DNA from: Haliotis rubra
Taxonomy: Eukaryota
Length of the DNA stretch: 64,000 bases
Reading direction: 5' to 3'
NCBI RefSeq assembly: GCF_003918875.1
Contig: NW_025767262.1
Coordinates: 1-64,000, forward strand
Below, piece by piece: positions 12,864-25,150 of this stretch (position 1 is the first letter of the stretch; each line of letters begins with the position of its first letter). The notes under the pieces are model-generated. The model was given only the letters and a program-made list of their open reading frames with translations. It had not been told where the DNA came from and did no database searches. The position numbers and the translations under genes were made by a program.

Positions 12864-13722
12864 AGGATCAGGGACTGGGGGTGTCTGTGCGGAGACGGGG
12901 GCCGGGTAGGTCCTAAACCTGTGGAGATCGTCCTGAGCTGGAATGGAACAAAAACGGAAATATATAAATGCACACATCAATCGACATGGTGACAGCTGTT
13001 AAGGTGGATCCTCATTTTTGACGACCTTATTCAATCAAATTATGCCAACCTTACTGGGTTCGGTGCCGTTGTCGAGGTAATGAGGTATTTTGACATGATA
13101 TTGGGGCAGAAAAGACACGAGTTCCTCGACACCAGAACGAATAAAAAGTGTCTGTAAACTCTGAAAACCCCAGTGAATACGTTATTTCATGATGGAGTTT
13201 CTATTCTCCAAAACAACTTTGGGTAAGCATTGGATAGATCCCATAGACATGGGAAAGGGAGACATGTAGTGTTATTCCCATTATTTATAAAAAAAAGATT
13301 ATTATTATGCTTTATCACTGGAATCTGAATTGAAGAATATGAATTAATAACATATATCAGATAGCTGTGAAATCAAAAAGGCATTTTACAAGCCTAAATA
13401 GAAAACAAAAAGAAGCGACATTATCCACACATTCAAATTCATGCACTTTCACTTCAAATGTGACAAATACATTGAGAAAATGATATAGTTCATGAAAATA
13501 GACGAGGAACCCGCATTGTGCATGGCTTGTCTCTTCCTGCGTCTGTCAGTCGTTTCCTTAGACATTTTATTGTCTTCAGGGCACGATTCAGCTTTGGGAT
13601 ACAATCCGTCAAAATTCATCAAAATGAAATCTACGAAATAAAAGGTAAAAAGCAAAAATAATTTAATTCAGATACCACAACTAGATACCTTGATGATAGA
13701 CCGAAGCAACAGAGGCATACAT
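12864..13722 (-). CDS. Orphan family copy B' (exons 1-2 only): 13722-13689, 12937-12864
   Basis: Splice sites are intact; encodes MYASVASVYHQAQDDLHRFRTYPAPVSAQTPPVPDP. It has no exon 3 of its own because the duplication starts inside intron 2. Confidence 0.6.
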
Positions 13723-13827
13723 CGTGCAGAACTTGGGATACGTGCGGGATAAAGAGCAAAATGTCAACACAGACGTGGAAACAAAGTGCAGCATCAACAA
13801 CCAAAATGGCGTCGTTTGTGTGTGAAG

Positions 13828-13841
13828 GTCTCCATGGAGAT
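13828..13841 (-). promoter_or_regulatory. X-box palindrome, copy B'
   Basis: GTCTCCATGGAGAT at the same spacing from the ATG as in B. Confidence 0.55.
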
Positions 13842-14879
13842 CCGTCTCAGCGACCGTCGCCTCTCGTCCCTTTCCGTAAACTGGGTAGCAGTTACCTGAA
13901 TGTTTACACTAGTCCGAGGACTCTGTTGTGCAACCGCAAGCGAGGGGCAAGGGTGCCACCTTAGTGTTAATATGTTTACGGTTACAAATGATGCATTCTG
14001 AAGCAGTAAACTGAAAAGAATTATATGGTTGGACGGTGGAAAGAGTATTTTCGTGCTGCCTGATTTCAACATGGCTATCGCAGCTACCTTAAGATACAAT
14101 CATCTTGTATAACTCACATAGAAATTCTGTGTATATCTGAAATAACAACAACCGTAGTATTACGCCCAACAAGGGGCAATTATCATGAAAATATACATAT
14201 TCCGTCGGGAAAGAGGGACAGTAAATCAGTATTAGATTCCTGGCCTACGTGTGATGGTGATAACACAAGGGGAGACCACTCCCATTGTATTGCTTTCTTA
14301 CATAAACTAGAATTGTTCCATTCATGTCACTCTAGTGGTTACTAAACAAAAACGTGCGCCCATTTCACACAGTATGCACTAAGTTGAAAAGCATGGAGCA
14401 AGTTGCTTAATTCCGTTAAAAAGGAATTTCAGACACCTCAACTCATTTTAGATCATGAGCAGTAACAATGTTAATTGTCTGACTTAAATATTACTGAGAC
14501 AATTCTCTTTGAGAGGAGGAACGAAGTCTGTTCCTATACTCCCAACTTCAACAACAAAGGAATTAAGCCCCTACTCCGCTAAGCTGACACACCTTGAAAG
14601 TGTAGCATAGTTGCATTCATGTCAGTCCAGTGGTCTCTAGACAAAACCCCGTGTCATTATTTCACACAGTTTGCGCGAAGTTGAAAAGGATGGAGCAAGT
14701 ACCATTACTCCATAAAATGACTTTCAGACCCCAATTGTCAAATACATTTAAGACTGAGCAGTAACATCAACAGAGTACAATTTTAATTATCTGACTTAAA
14801 TAGTTACTGGGAAAGTTGTTCTCATAGAGTTTCGTCCCTATACTTCCCGACCAACTTCTAAAATAGGATAATAACCAAA

Positions 14880-15060
14880 ATAGTATTGTAAGGATGCAGA
14901 GACCAGCTTACTCGTCGGATCTGACACCAGTAGAGCATCGTTGGGATGTCCTTGGTCGAGGGTTGCGTTCTAATCACCCACCTTCTATAAATCGTCCTCA
15001 GCTCATTAAGGTTCTCCAGAGTGGCAAGCTGTCCCCCAGGCAACTCAAGGAGACTTGTTA
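14880..15060 (+). mobile_element. Tc1/mariner transposase C-terminal remnant
   Basis: MQRPAYSSDLTPVEHRWDVLGRGLRSNHPP, a degenerate WPAYSPDLxPIEHxWD motif. Confidence 0.7.
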
Positions 15061-15378
15061 TTGAAGCTTTTAACGAGAAAACAAACCAGACTCGGTATGA
15101 GTTTTCGTTCTTTGCCCTTTCTCAGTCATCTCTTATTTCAGAAGCCGAGCCACGATTCTCAATTCACCTTAAAGAAGACGAGTTGCTTCCTCCTAAACCA
15201 CACCTACTTGACCATGGCACTAATAAGCCAACTGAAGATTGTGGTAATGTAAACGTGAAGATAATTCCCTTGTTACCCTTCATTTATGCATAGCTGACAC
15301 TGATGTGTATTCCCCATTTAACTAAGTGCCAACTTATGTGATTAGTTATCACACACATAAGTGTCCTACGTCATATCC

Positions 15379-16444
15379 TCTAACGAGTCTAATCCTGCAT
15401 TTAACTGTGTTTTCAATCCCCTTTATGAGGATTTATACAACAAAAAGTCTTTTCTTGTTCCGCCTCTTGGGCACAGAATTAAGCCATTCATTTCTGCTGC
15501 CGGCATTGAGCTGGAAAATATAGCTCCTTCCCGTCTTCTTTCTTCTCCTCCTTGGCAACTAATTAATAAATTACATAAAATAAAACCCTATATTGGTTAC
15601 ACCTACTTGGGTTGTCAGTCCAGATTTGAAGAGGTCATCATGCGACGATGTCGTATTGGCCATACAAGGTACACTCACAATAATTTGTTAAAAGGTGAAG
15701 ATCCTCCGTTTTGTATCCCTTGTGATGAGAGAACCACGGTCAAGCATGTCCTGCTTGACTGTGTTGAATTCTCCATCATAAGGGATAAATACTTCAATGT
15801 GAAAACAGTTAAGGATCTTTTTAACACTGTTAATTTTCATTTAATTATAGGCTTTTTAAAAGAAATTGATTTAATGAATGAATTTTGAATAATATGCTCT
15901 GTACATATATGTATTTTAATTATTGGTAGATTTGATTAGTAACTTAGATTGTTAGTGGCAGTGCCCTCAAAGGGGGTTGAAGTAGTGTAAAATTATTGTC
16001 CTCCTGAGAGGGTACGTAAGTCCCAAAACATTCAAAGTAAATTTAAACCTACTACTATTTTAATCGTAGAATATATGTCCGTTTAATTTATGGCTAGATT
16101 ATCTAACATTGCTAATAGCTGAGGGGATGGTGTAAATCCAGCTAGGGTCCATGCAGGAAGCAAATGTACTGTAAGTCCCCATGGTCCCTAGTATGGTGAT
16201 CTACCTTCAGCTGTTGGCAATATATAGCCTGTTTTTACCTTGTATTGTCATCTATAGTTGGACTGTTTTAGATTTGATTGCTAGTTTTAAATTCGAATCT
16301 GTGATAATCTAGTTATTTTACTGTCCTTCGTTGACAGGTTTTGATAGTTTACCATTTCTTACTATGCATAAAATTAATTGTTCTCGTCACGATATGGCTG
16401 AAATATTGCCGATGTGACGTTAAATTTTAACTCACTCACTCACT
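15379..16444 (+). mobile_element. 5'-truncated I-group (RNase H-type) LINE with 13-bp TSD
   Basis: The ORF ends with RCRIGHTRYTH..CIPC..TVKHVLLDC (C-terminal CCHC region). The 3'UTR ends in (actc)n. TSD ctacgtcatatcc lies at 15366-15378 and 16445-16457; empty sites are at 25455 and 40449. Confidence 0.9.
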
Positions 16445-16994
16445 CTACGTCATATCCAAAAGGGTTGATGTTGGATTCTTGCAACGCTCTTTTTAAATTC
16501 CTACACTATGCTCGTTAAGGAGTCCAAAAGAAGTGTCGACCAAATTTACATGTGTAAATTCATGATCCGTACTTTTTGTATTATCGATATTTCTGAATAT
16601 AAGAGCTGGGTAATTGGGTAAGAAGCCGCACTGTGTAGGATGGATCTAACTGATGCAGCGAATCGAGACCTTCGGGCATTCATTTGTTGCCGAGCACAGG
16701 CTCAAGAAAATAACGCTGTTGTAATTCCTCCTTAGGCAAGAATACATGCATACCTCTTCAACAGTAAATGAACACGAAGAAATCTGATGTTATATTTTCA
16801 GTGGATAATTGGCTTGGTGCACGGGGTTTTCATGGTGTAGGTGGAGATGAGTTATGTTAAGTAGTACTTTATCTATCTATCTCTATCTGTTTCTCTCTCA
16901 CACACACACATGTACACAGACGCAGGTAAACATTCGGTGGGAGTAAAAGGTGCCGACAGGAATTGTGTATTTCAAATGTAAATAACGGCTGCGT

Positions 16995-17235
16995 CTGTTT
17001 TGTTTGTTTGTTGTTTAACGACACACTCAGCAATATCACAGCTGTATGGTATCTGTCTGTAAATAATCTGGACCAGACAATCCAGTGATCAACAGCATGA
17101 GCATTAATCTACGCAATATGGATACGATGACATGTGTCAACAAAGTCAGCGAGCCTGACCACCCGATCACGCAAGTCGCCTCTTAGGACAAGCATGGGTT
17201 ACTGAAGACCAATTCTAACTCGAATCTTCATAGGT
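16995..17235 (-). mobile_element. SINE-like repeat family 2
   Basis: Duplicate of 10872-11111. Confidence 0.8.
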
Positions 17236-19049
17236 TTGTTACGTTTGTAAACAATACACTTCAAATCATAATGTTACAACCAGTACGTTTCCAAACATAA
17301 TAATAAAGTCATCACTTTCATCGACAACCATAAACTAATATGTCAAACTGTTACTTGCTGTGCCAAACAATCCACAATTCTAGCCACCAAAACCGCTGTG
17401 TCATAAGCATTCAGAGTTAACCTTCTGCTGTGCCACTAATATCCATTCATGAAAATAATATGAACATCAAGCTTTCTTCTCAAGAAGACGAAATTACCCT
17501 CAGGGGATACAGATTTGAAGTTGCCATCTAACATACTATCAACCTTGACTCTTCAAAGCAATTTCTTCTCTGGCTCTTAATAGTTCCAATCTCCAGCGCA
17601 GTCTCTGCAAATGGTCCCCGCCCTGAGCCAAGCCACAACATCACGTACTTATTACAGATGGTCTGTTTACCGGGTATCGACTTACACAAGCACGAGTTCG
17701 CTGTCCTTCTTTTGCACCTTGTCAACATGAGAAGCAGCCAAGTCGCCTAGAGACCAAACTTGAGAAGTCCTTGACCTTTGATCGTGCAGCGACAGTCGAC
17801 TTGAAAAATTAGGTATCAACGGAAAAGGAATGATGTCTCGATGTCTCATGGGACACGAGTGTATGTCGTCTTGTTCGTCTTAATCGGCTTGACTGAACAT
17901 TGTATAAGAAATGCAGAGGAATATACACGACCAAGCTGGAGGTTTTCATCGTCTCCTGCCACTTGACCTATCAAGGGCTTTTTCTCTGAACACCGTTACC
18001 CTTTTTGCCATCGGCTGCAAGTGTACTTGAAGAAGCGTCTGTTCCCCGGAGCCAAGGAACTGGTTGACATTTTCTGGATGGTCAATAACGCCAGCTTTCA
18101 CATTACTGGTAGATTCCGTTACTCATATCTTTGTTTGAATATATTTTGTTGAAATAAATATAGTCTGTAGGATGAGACTAAATGATCAATGACATTGATG
18201 TTTAAATGATTTAATAGTTAGTGATTCGTCTGAGATATTATCTATCATCTAATAACTATTGGTGTCATTTTGGCCCTCTTTAATTTGTACGAATGTAATG
18301 TTTTTCAACATACCATTTCAAATACATCGTCTATAAAAAAAACCGCTGGCGACGAAATAAGAAATCATTCAGTTAATATGAAAAATAATAGTTCCGTCTT
18401 TTTCAAGAGTAAATTGATTGAAATGATGGTTCAAAATTAGGTATAATTAACAAAATGATCTCCATTATTGAAAAATAACAGAGCATTTAAACAAAAGAAT
18501 AACGTCACGAATGTGTTTTACTTTAATACTGCAAGTCATATGCAAGATTGTGCAACATTTCTTCAGATGGTTTGACGACTCTTTGTTTACCAAGACAGAC
18601 AATCTATTGTCCACCAGCTTCTTTCCAGCTTCGTGACAAGGACCAGGCTACCTATTCTCGAAACATTCGTAGCCCTACGAACTTCTTAAGCCCATTCTTA
18701 AAACATTGAATTCTTAGCGCTACGAACGTTTCGAGAATATGGGCCAGTGACTAAGCCTTCGTAGCGTTACGACCAACTCAATCAATGCCAGAACAATCTC
18801 CGGTAACCGTCCAAACTGACTGTGCTAGGTGGGACGTCAGTGGATTAGCGGATTTACCGAGATTTACCACGAACTGTTTACAATTAACATTGCTGTACCC
18901 AGTTACTGATTGATACATGGTGACGAGAAATTATGAAGATGTATTGAAATGTATGGTAATGTAGAATAATATACTTTCATCTGACAACATTGGATGTGAT
19001 GTTGCTACCTGTTATGAGTTTTCTGAGTTGATGAAACATTTCTGAGTGA

Positions 19050-19365
19050 TAGGGGCAAAGGTAGGGAAAGGCTTGGGGAAAGGCTTGGGAAAAGAATAGG
19101 GGAAAGGATGGGTAAAGGGTAGGGGGAAAGGATGAGGGAAAAGGAAGGGTAAAGGCTTGTGAAACGATCGGGAAAGAGTAGGGGAAAAGATGGGTAGGGG
19201 GAAATGTTGGGGAAAGAGTAGGGGAAAGGATGGGTAAAGGGTAGGGGCAAAGGTAGGGAAAGACTTGGAGAAAGAGTCGGGGGAAAGGATGGGGAAAGGG
19301 TAGGGGGAAAGGATGAGGGAAAGGGTAGGCGTCAAGGTTGGGAGAAAGGACGGGGAAAGGGTGTG
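19050..19365 (+). repeat. Purine-rich ~12-bp degenerate tandem repeat (GGGGAAAGGRTR-like)
   Basis: Repeated ggggaaaggatg / gggtaaagggta / ggggaaaggctt units. Confidence 0.8.
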
Positions 19366-21019
19366 TGTTGTCTGATCCCTGGTGTTTCCGTTGTCTTGTT
19401 CCTGGTGGGGTGTCAAACCGTGTTTTAGGCTTGCCAGCACCATACCCGTGCTGTCACGGCAACAACGTGATTAATGTCAGCAACCTGCATCTTTCGGTTT
19501 TTCTTTCCATGATACTCCGACAAACCGTAATACAACTGGGATACTGTTCGAAAAGACGTTAAGACCAACTCACTCACTCACTCACTATCATATTCAAATT
19601 GCTTCTTCTGTATTGTGGTTTACGCTCTACTTTTGAAATAGACATTAAAACTAATAACCCTCGGTGAACTTCCGACTGAATGTTGGGATGTTGTATAACA
19701 TGAGCTCAGATTAACTCAAATATGCACCCGACGGTAATTGTTGCAATAACTGAGGAATTAATAGATATTTTAGCACAGAGAAAAGGTCAACGCCATAACT
19801 GACGCAACATCATACACACTGACGTCAGTATCCGTGTATCTTTCCACGTAGTCAAGGATAGAATGGACACATAAACGGAAATAGAAACACATTGATGTCA
19901 GACTGATTCTGATAACGTAACCTACTTGACTCACTTTTATATGAAATCCCTACTCTGAACACCACGGCAAGGGAGATGAGGGTGATGACTTTCAATCTTC
20001 AATTTGAACTTGAATATCCATGAAAATCTTTTCACTTAGTAAATTTCACTGCCGCGGTTTATGTACAGGTATATGTTTCTATGACTGATAAATATTAACA
20101 ACATACATGTAATAAAATTTATGAGTTTTAGCTTTTTGACTATACGAAAAAATTAACATTCAATTTGCAACATACATGTATACACATTCCTTGGGAGAAT
20201 ATGAAATATTCATAATGGAAAATGGATATAAATAGCTATATTAAGCCCCTTTATCTTGAGATAATATAAAGTATATGCACATTTGTATACCTGATGGAAG
20301 TGTGAACAGAATATGAGTGTTCATAAATACTGACATTCTTTCCTTTTAATCGAACTTGCCTTACTATGAAAGTATATATTATAGATATTTCTTCTGGAAT
20401 TTTCTTATGAGTCAGTAAATGCATTACAAAATGAACATATTAAAAACCTTTGGTATCTGTAATGTGGGAACAGTCTGGATACATATGAATAAATAGCTGC
20501 TGGACTGTATTAATGTCAACCGTAGCAAATAAACACATTGATATATTCTGGCATTTTGGGGTTTTTGTAGGGCGTGGTTCGGACATGAAGGATAACGTTT
20601 ATGCATAGCAGAGTTATGCCCCCTTTGTCTTTGTACGGGTTGACCTCTCCGCCGTATTTTGACGTTATGGGGGAAAATTCACTTCAACCCTTCAAAGTTA
20701 ACATGACCATACGAATCTAACATTTATATGTCATCATGTCGCTCAGATAATAGGCAGTATTTAGTTCGCTTACAGTTTACATAAAGCCGTAGCGGTATTT
20801 TATCGATGTACCATAAAACGTGGTTATATTAACAGGTTTATGTGTACACAAACTTGGACATTTAGCACTCTCGGATTTTCAAACCGGTATTGAATCTTAA
20901 ACAATGAGTTAGAAAATTGAACACAAAATTATTCCGTTAAATTGCAAAGTTACAGTGACCGCAACTCTCGCGGAGCGTTCAGTTTTCCAAATATGTATGA
21001 ATTCACAATTCCATTTATA

Positions 21020-21405
21020 AAGTGGTCAAATGTAACAAATGTTATATTTGGGATTACACTTTCTTTAGTAAAGTACAGATTCTAGTACTTTTGGGGGGTT
21101 GAGTCCCATCCGGGATTCGAACCCACACCCTCAGAGTCAGGCACCTGTAGAAGTCGCGGTGGCTGAGCAGGTTAGGGTTAAGAAAGTGTAATCCCAAATA
21201 TAACATGTGTAACTTTCTTTGTAAAGTGCAGATTCTAGTACTTATTTATTGGGTTGAGTCCCATCTGGGATTCGAACCCACATCCTCCGAGTCAGGCACC
21301 TACTGGCCAGCACACAAAGTCAGCCTCCTAACACAACCAGCCGTGTAACCCACTTGTGGAAGCCACGGTGGTTGGGTAGGTTAGACGGCTGACTTTGTGG
21401 GCTGT
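21020..21405. mobile_element. Fold-back repeat with inverted tRNA(Leu/Ser)-like heads
   Basis: Perfect inverted repeat gttatatttgggattacactttctt / aagaaagtgtaatcccaaatataac (about 21041-21204). A-box-like GGTGGCTGAGCAGGTTAGG, B-box GGTTCGAATCCC on the minus strand twice, and a second palindrome at 21313-21399. Copies occur at ~31290-31675 and ~35900-36280. Confidence 0.65.
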
Positions 21406-21477
21406 TCACACAGCGGTGAATGGATACCCGGTAGGCAGATTTGGGAATGTTATTATTAACCTTGGTTGTATACTCAC

Positions 21478-22131
21478 CAGGGAGCTGAAAATAAAGTCCG
21501 AATGCACACTGAACCATAGTTATGGTAGTACAATCATCATACAAATATCCTACTCCACTTGTACAGAAGCGATTGTAAGACGACATGGATTTAAGATCGC
21601 GATCGCAGCTAAGATCGGCATCTTCGACGGTGGAGGCACCAATTTCATAAACTTGACTCCTGTCTACAGTTGTCTGCAAGTGGGCATAGCATGCTGCGCA
21701 AACTAAAAGTAGAACCGATCTGGGTTCACAAGAAGTAAATGTATGATCTGCCACTTTAAATCGTTGGTGCGTTCTCCGTGCAGTTAAAACAGTCGAGGCG
21801 AATCATGCATAGATCTAACCTTACATCTAGAAGTCATGGTGTCAAACGGTTCGGTGCAAATCTGTCATGATGGTTGTCTTAGCAAGTGTACACAGAGTCA
21901 GACTTTGGAACAAACGAAACACTCGTTCGGTAGCGCTCAACAGCAATTGTCACAGATCCGCATGTGTGTAATAATAATCTCCAAACTTAGGGACGCGATT
22001 ACCTAATATTCGGACAACGGGTGGGAAATGAGGACTGGGATGTTTTATTTTTCGCTGCACACACCAGACAATTTTTACACGAAAACAGCCCCGATCTGTA
22101 CCCCCACATGATTGTATCAAATTGTCTCTTC
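21478..22131 (-). pseudogene. Decayed class-A (rhodopsin-like) GPCR exon, unit C
   Basis: Acceptor tttactccag and donor gtgagt bound frame-broken pieces in the expected order: DTIMWGY, SVTIAVERY (TM3/ERY), SCEPRSVLLLVCAACY (TM5-like), TITMVQCAFGLYFQLP (TM6-like). Confidence 0.5.
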
Positions 22132-22329
22132 CTGGAGTAAAATATGAAAACACACACGCTTTCTTGGAAGAACAATGTTTACCATACACATCGAAAGTAT
22201 ATTATCATATGATTTTTAATCATGTATGAAACAATACGTATATTATAGCCAAAATAGTCCAAATGATTTGTCCGAAAGGTCCAAAAGCTATCAGTTCACA
22301 CAGCACTGGCACAACAAACACATCCAAGT

Positions 22330-23977
22330 CTATCTCTGTGTGAAGAAACTCTGGAACATGTGTTTCACACAGGACACAAGGACAGCCGAGCACGACTGGG
22401 GCTGCTTGGATTCTTCACCAAGATCGATCTCCACAACTTGAGGACGGGCTCTGGGGCAAGGACGGGAAGGAGGGCAGGGTGTCGGGCAGGGAGTAGAGGG
22501 GGTTGACGGTGATCGTGAAGACACCGGGGCGCTTATAGAGAGGAAACATAATTTCTAAATCACTGAAACCAGTATTGATGGACAGTTTAGTCAGACGGCT
22601 TGCATTAAGAGATCTGGGAAAGTGGACAATGTTTTTTGGAGTAGACAAACAATAAGTTTACAGAATAGATTACACAATACCATACATACATGTTACAATG
22701 CATACTTATGGATAATAACTTTAGGGTTCTGGTGTTAGGATAGCAAAAACGTGCTGGAACATTGTGAAGGTTAGTACAATAATCGAATATAGAATTGCTA
22801 TAGTGAGCACATTTCATGAAATGTGTGTGTTTCAATAAGGAATATGACATATTACTGTCAGTGGAATATAAACTGGTAATGTCTTGGAAAATTAGTATTG
22901 ATCGGGATTTGGAAATGTTAGATATGTATGTGGTCTGTTGAGTTATTGATAATATGATTTTAAACTTTGTGTCTTTTTTTTATCAAAACTCTATTCCATA
23001 ATCGTCTTAATAACATAATTCCATGAAACTGGTTGTCGATATTTGTTATATTGCTCTAGCTAATGGGACAAACTCGAACAACTTGAACCTGAAGATGACC
23101 TACAAGATCAGGGACTGGGAGAGTCTTTTGGGAGACGGGGGCCGGGTAGGTCCTAAACCTGTGGAGATCGTCCAGAGCTGGAATGGAATTAAAAAGAAAT
23201 ATATAAATATACACATGGATCAACATAGTAGCAGGTAAATGCTCAATGAACAGAGCAAATACAACAGACAAATTGACTATTAGCTATCGCCGCAAATGGA
23301 GACCTGAGTTTAAATGTAAGAATCATGAGGATTTTTGTTGTTCGTTAATGCTATTTGTTTTGAAGAGTCTAATCAATCATCCTAACTTCACAGGGTTAAG
23401 TGTCAGTGAATTTATTCAATGTGGTATTTTGATATATTGGGGCAGAAAAAAACCCCTTTTCCTCGCCTTGACACCAGAGTGAATAAGAAACTAAAAATAC
23501 TTCCAATGAATACTGTTGTACTTTCTTTTATAATGGACGCTCTATTCTCAAAACATCTTGTTACATTTCAGTTAATCTTGGATAGATCCCATAGACATGG
23601 GAAAGGGAGATATAGATCTGCATGAAGAAGTTACTTCACCGAGATCATCAAAAAATGCATTTTAGAAGCCTTTGCAAAATAGAAGCGACATACACACATT
23701 CACTTCACAGACAGACAAAAAGAAAATGATCTAGCACTTGAAAGTAGACGAGGAACCTACGAAGTACATGGGGTGTCTCTTACTGCGTCTGTCAGTCATT
23801 TCCTTAGACAGGGTTAGTGTTACCAAAGCTTCACCACACGATTCAACTTTGGGATACAATCCGTCAAAATTCATCAAAATGAAATCTACGAAATAAAAGG
23901 TAAAAAGCACTAACAATTTAACATAGACACCACTACTAGATACCTTGATGATAGGCCAAAGCAACAGAGGCATACAT
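22330..23977 (-). pseudogene. Orphan family copy C: exons 23977-23944, 23177-23104, 22531-22330 (exon 3 frameshifted as assembled)
   Basis: Exons 1-2 are intact (MYASVALAYHQALDDLHRFRTYPAPVSQKTLPVPDL). Exon 3 is 202 rather than 204 nt because of two 1-nt losses in G runs, so this may be an intact gene with sequencing errors. Confidence 0.7.
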
Positions 23978-24082
23978 CGTGCAGAACGTGAGATACGTGC
24001 GGGATAAAGAGCAAAATGTCAACACAGACGTGGAAACAAAGTGCAGAATCAACAACCAAAATGGCGTCGTTTTTGTGTTAAG

Positions 24083-24096
24083 GTCTCCATGGAGAT
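24083..24096 (-). promoter_or_regulatory. X-box palindrome, copy C
   Basis: GTCTCCATGGAGAT at the conserved spacing. Confidence 0.6.
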
Positions 24097-24959
24097 TCGT
24101 CTCAGCACCGTCGCCTCTCGTCCCTTTCCGTAAACTGGGTAGCACGTTTAGACTGGTCCTCGGCCGCTGCTGTGCAGACGCTAGCAACGCTAGACGGGGT
24201 TGCCAGCCAAGTATTAACAGTTCAATGCCGCAAAACCTTCCCAACCGACAAACTCTTTTAGGCAAATCTATTATTTGTTGTAATAAAATCAGATTTTGAC
24301 AGCATAGTATGTATTTTTATACAATATTATTCGGAATATCAATATTTTAAATGTTTAGAGAAGAAAGGCCACCAACCAAGTAATCTGTTTTACAGCTGAA
24401 TGCCATAAAATCTTCACAGTACACAGACTGATGTCGCCATATATACTATTGTAGCATTAACACTAGAGTTTGGCAACTAAAGTTTCATCTGTTCAAAGTT
24501 TTCAGCATTTGTTTCACGAAGAAAAAAGAAATCATTCAGCACGGGGAATAATATTTACATCCATAAAAGAACAGCATGGCTCTTTGTGTTTCATTCAGAA
24601 GCTAAAAAACAGAAAAGAATTAAATGATTGTCACGTTAAACGTCGGGAAATGGGGACGGTAAATAAGTCTTTGGTTCCTGGCTCGCGTCAGACGGTGATA
24701 GCACAAGGGGAGGCCACTCCCATTGTACTGATGTCTTAGTTAAACTAGCATCGTAGCTTCTGAATCACCATTTCACACAGTATGCACCAAGTTGAAAAGC
24801 ATAGAGCAAGCACCTTAACTGCGTAAAAGGAATTTCAGACACCAATTGTTAAACTCATTTAGATCATGACAAGTAACAATGTTAATTATCTTACTTAAAT
24901 AGTTACTGAGAAAACCCCCATTGACCTCTGTTCGTCTACTGCCAACTATGAGGCGGGGG

Positions 24960-25150
24960 ATGATAAACCAACATAATATTGTAAGGATGCAGAGAGCTGT
25001 TTACTCACCGATTCTGACACCAGTAGAGCATCGTTGGGATGTCCTTGGTCGAGGGTTGCGTTCTAATCATCCACCTTCTATAAATCGTCCTCAGCTCAGG
25101 TTCTCCAGAGTGGCAAGCTGTCCCCCAGGCAACTCAAGGAGACTTGTTAT
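24960..25150 (+). mobile_element. Tc1/mariner transposase C-terminal remnant
   Basis: YSPILTPVEHRWDVLGRGLRSNHPP in ORF 24921-25364. Confidence 0.7.

Larger units (their letters stand above)
6236..18703. repeat. Near-identical tandem duplication (~6236-12599 and ~12597-18703)
   Basis: aagtgtgtatttacaaa(a)ggaacaacatatttc starts both copies. The first copy ends at cccattcttaaaa, where the second continues. Confidence 0.9.

Noticed and set aside
15361-15888. 175-aa ORF as a host gene
   Set aside because: It is the C-terminus of a LINE ORF2 bounded by a TSD.
22226-22441. Plus-strand ORFs repeated in each unit (MKQYVYYSQ..., MWAVHTAV..., MASCPPGNSRR...)
   Set aside because: They recur only because the DNA is duplicated. 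They are antisense shadows of exon 3 or the GPCR relic, or read-through from Tc1 remnants, and have no splice or paralog-F support.
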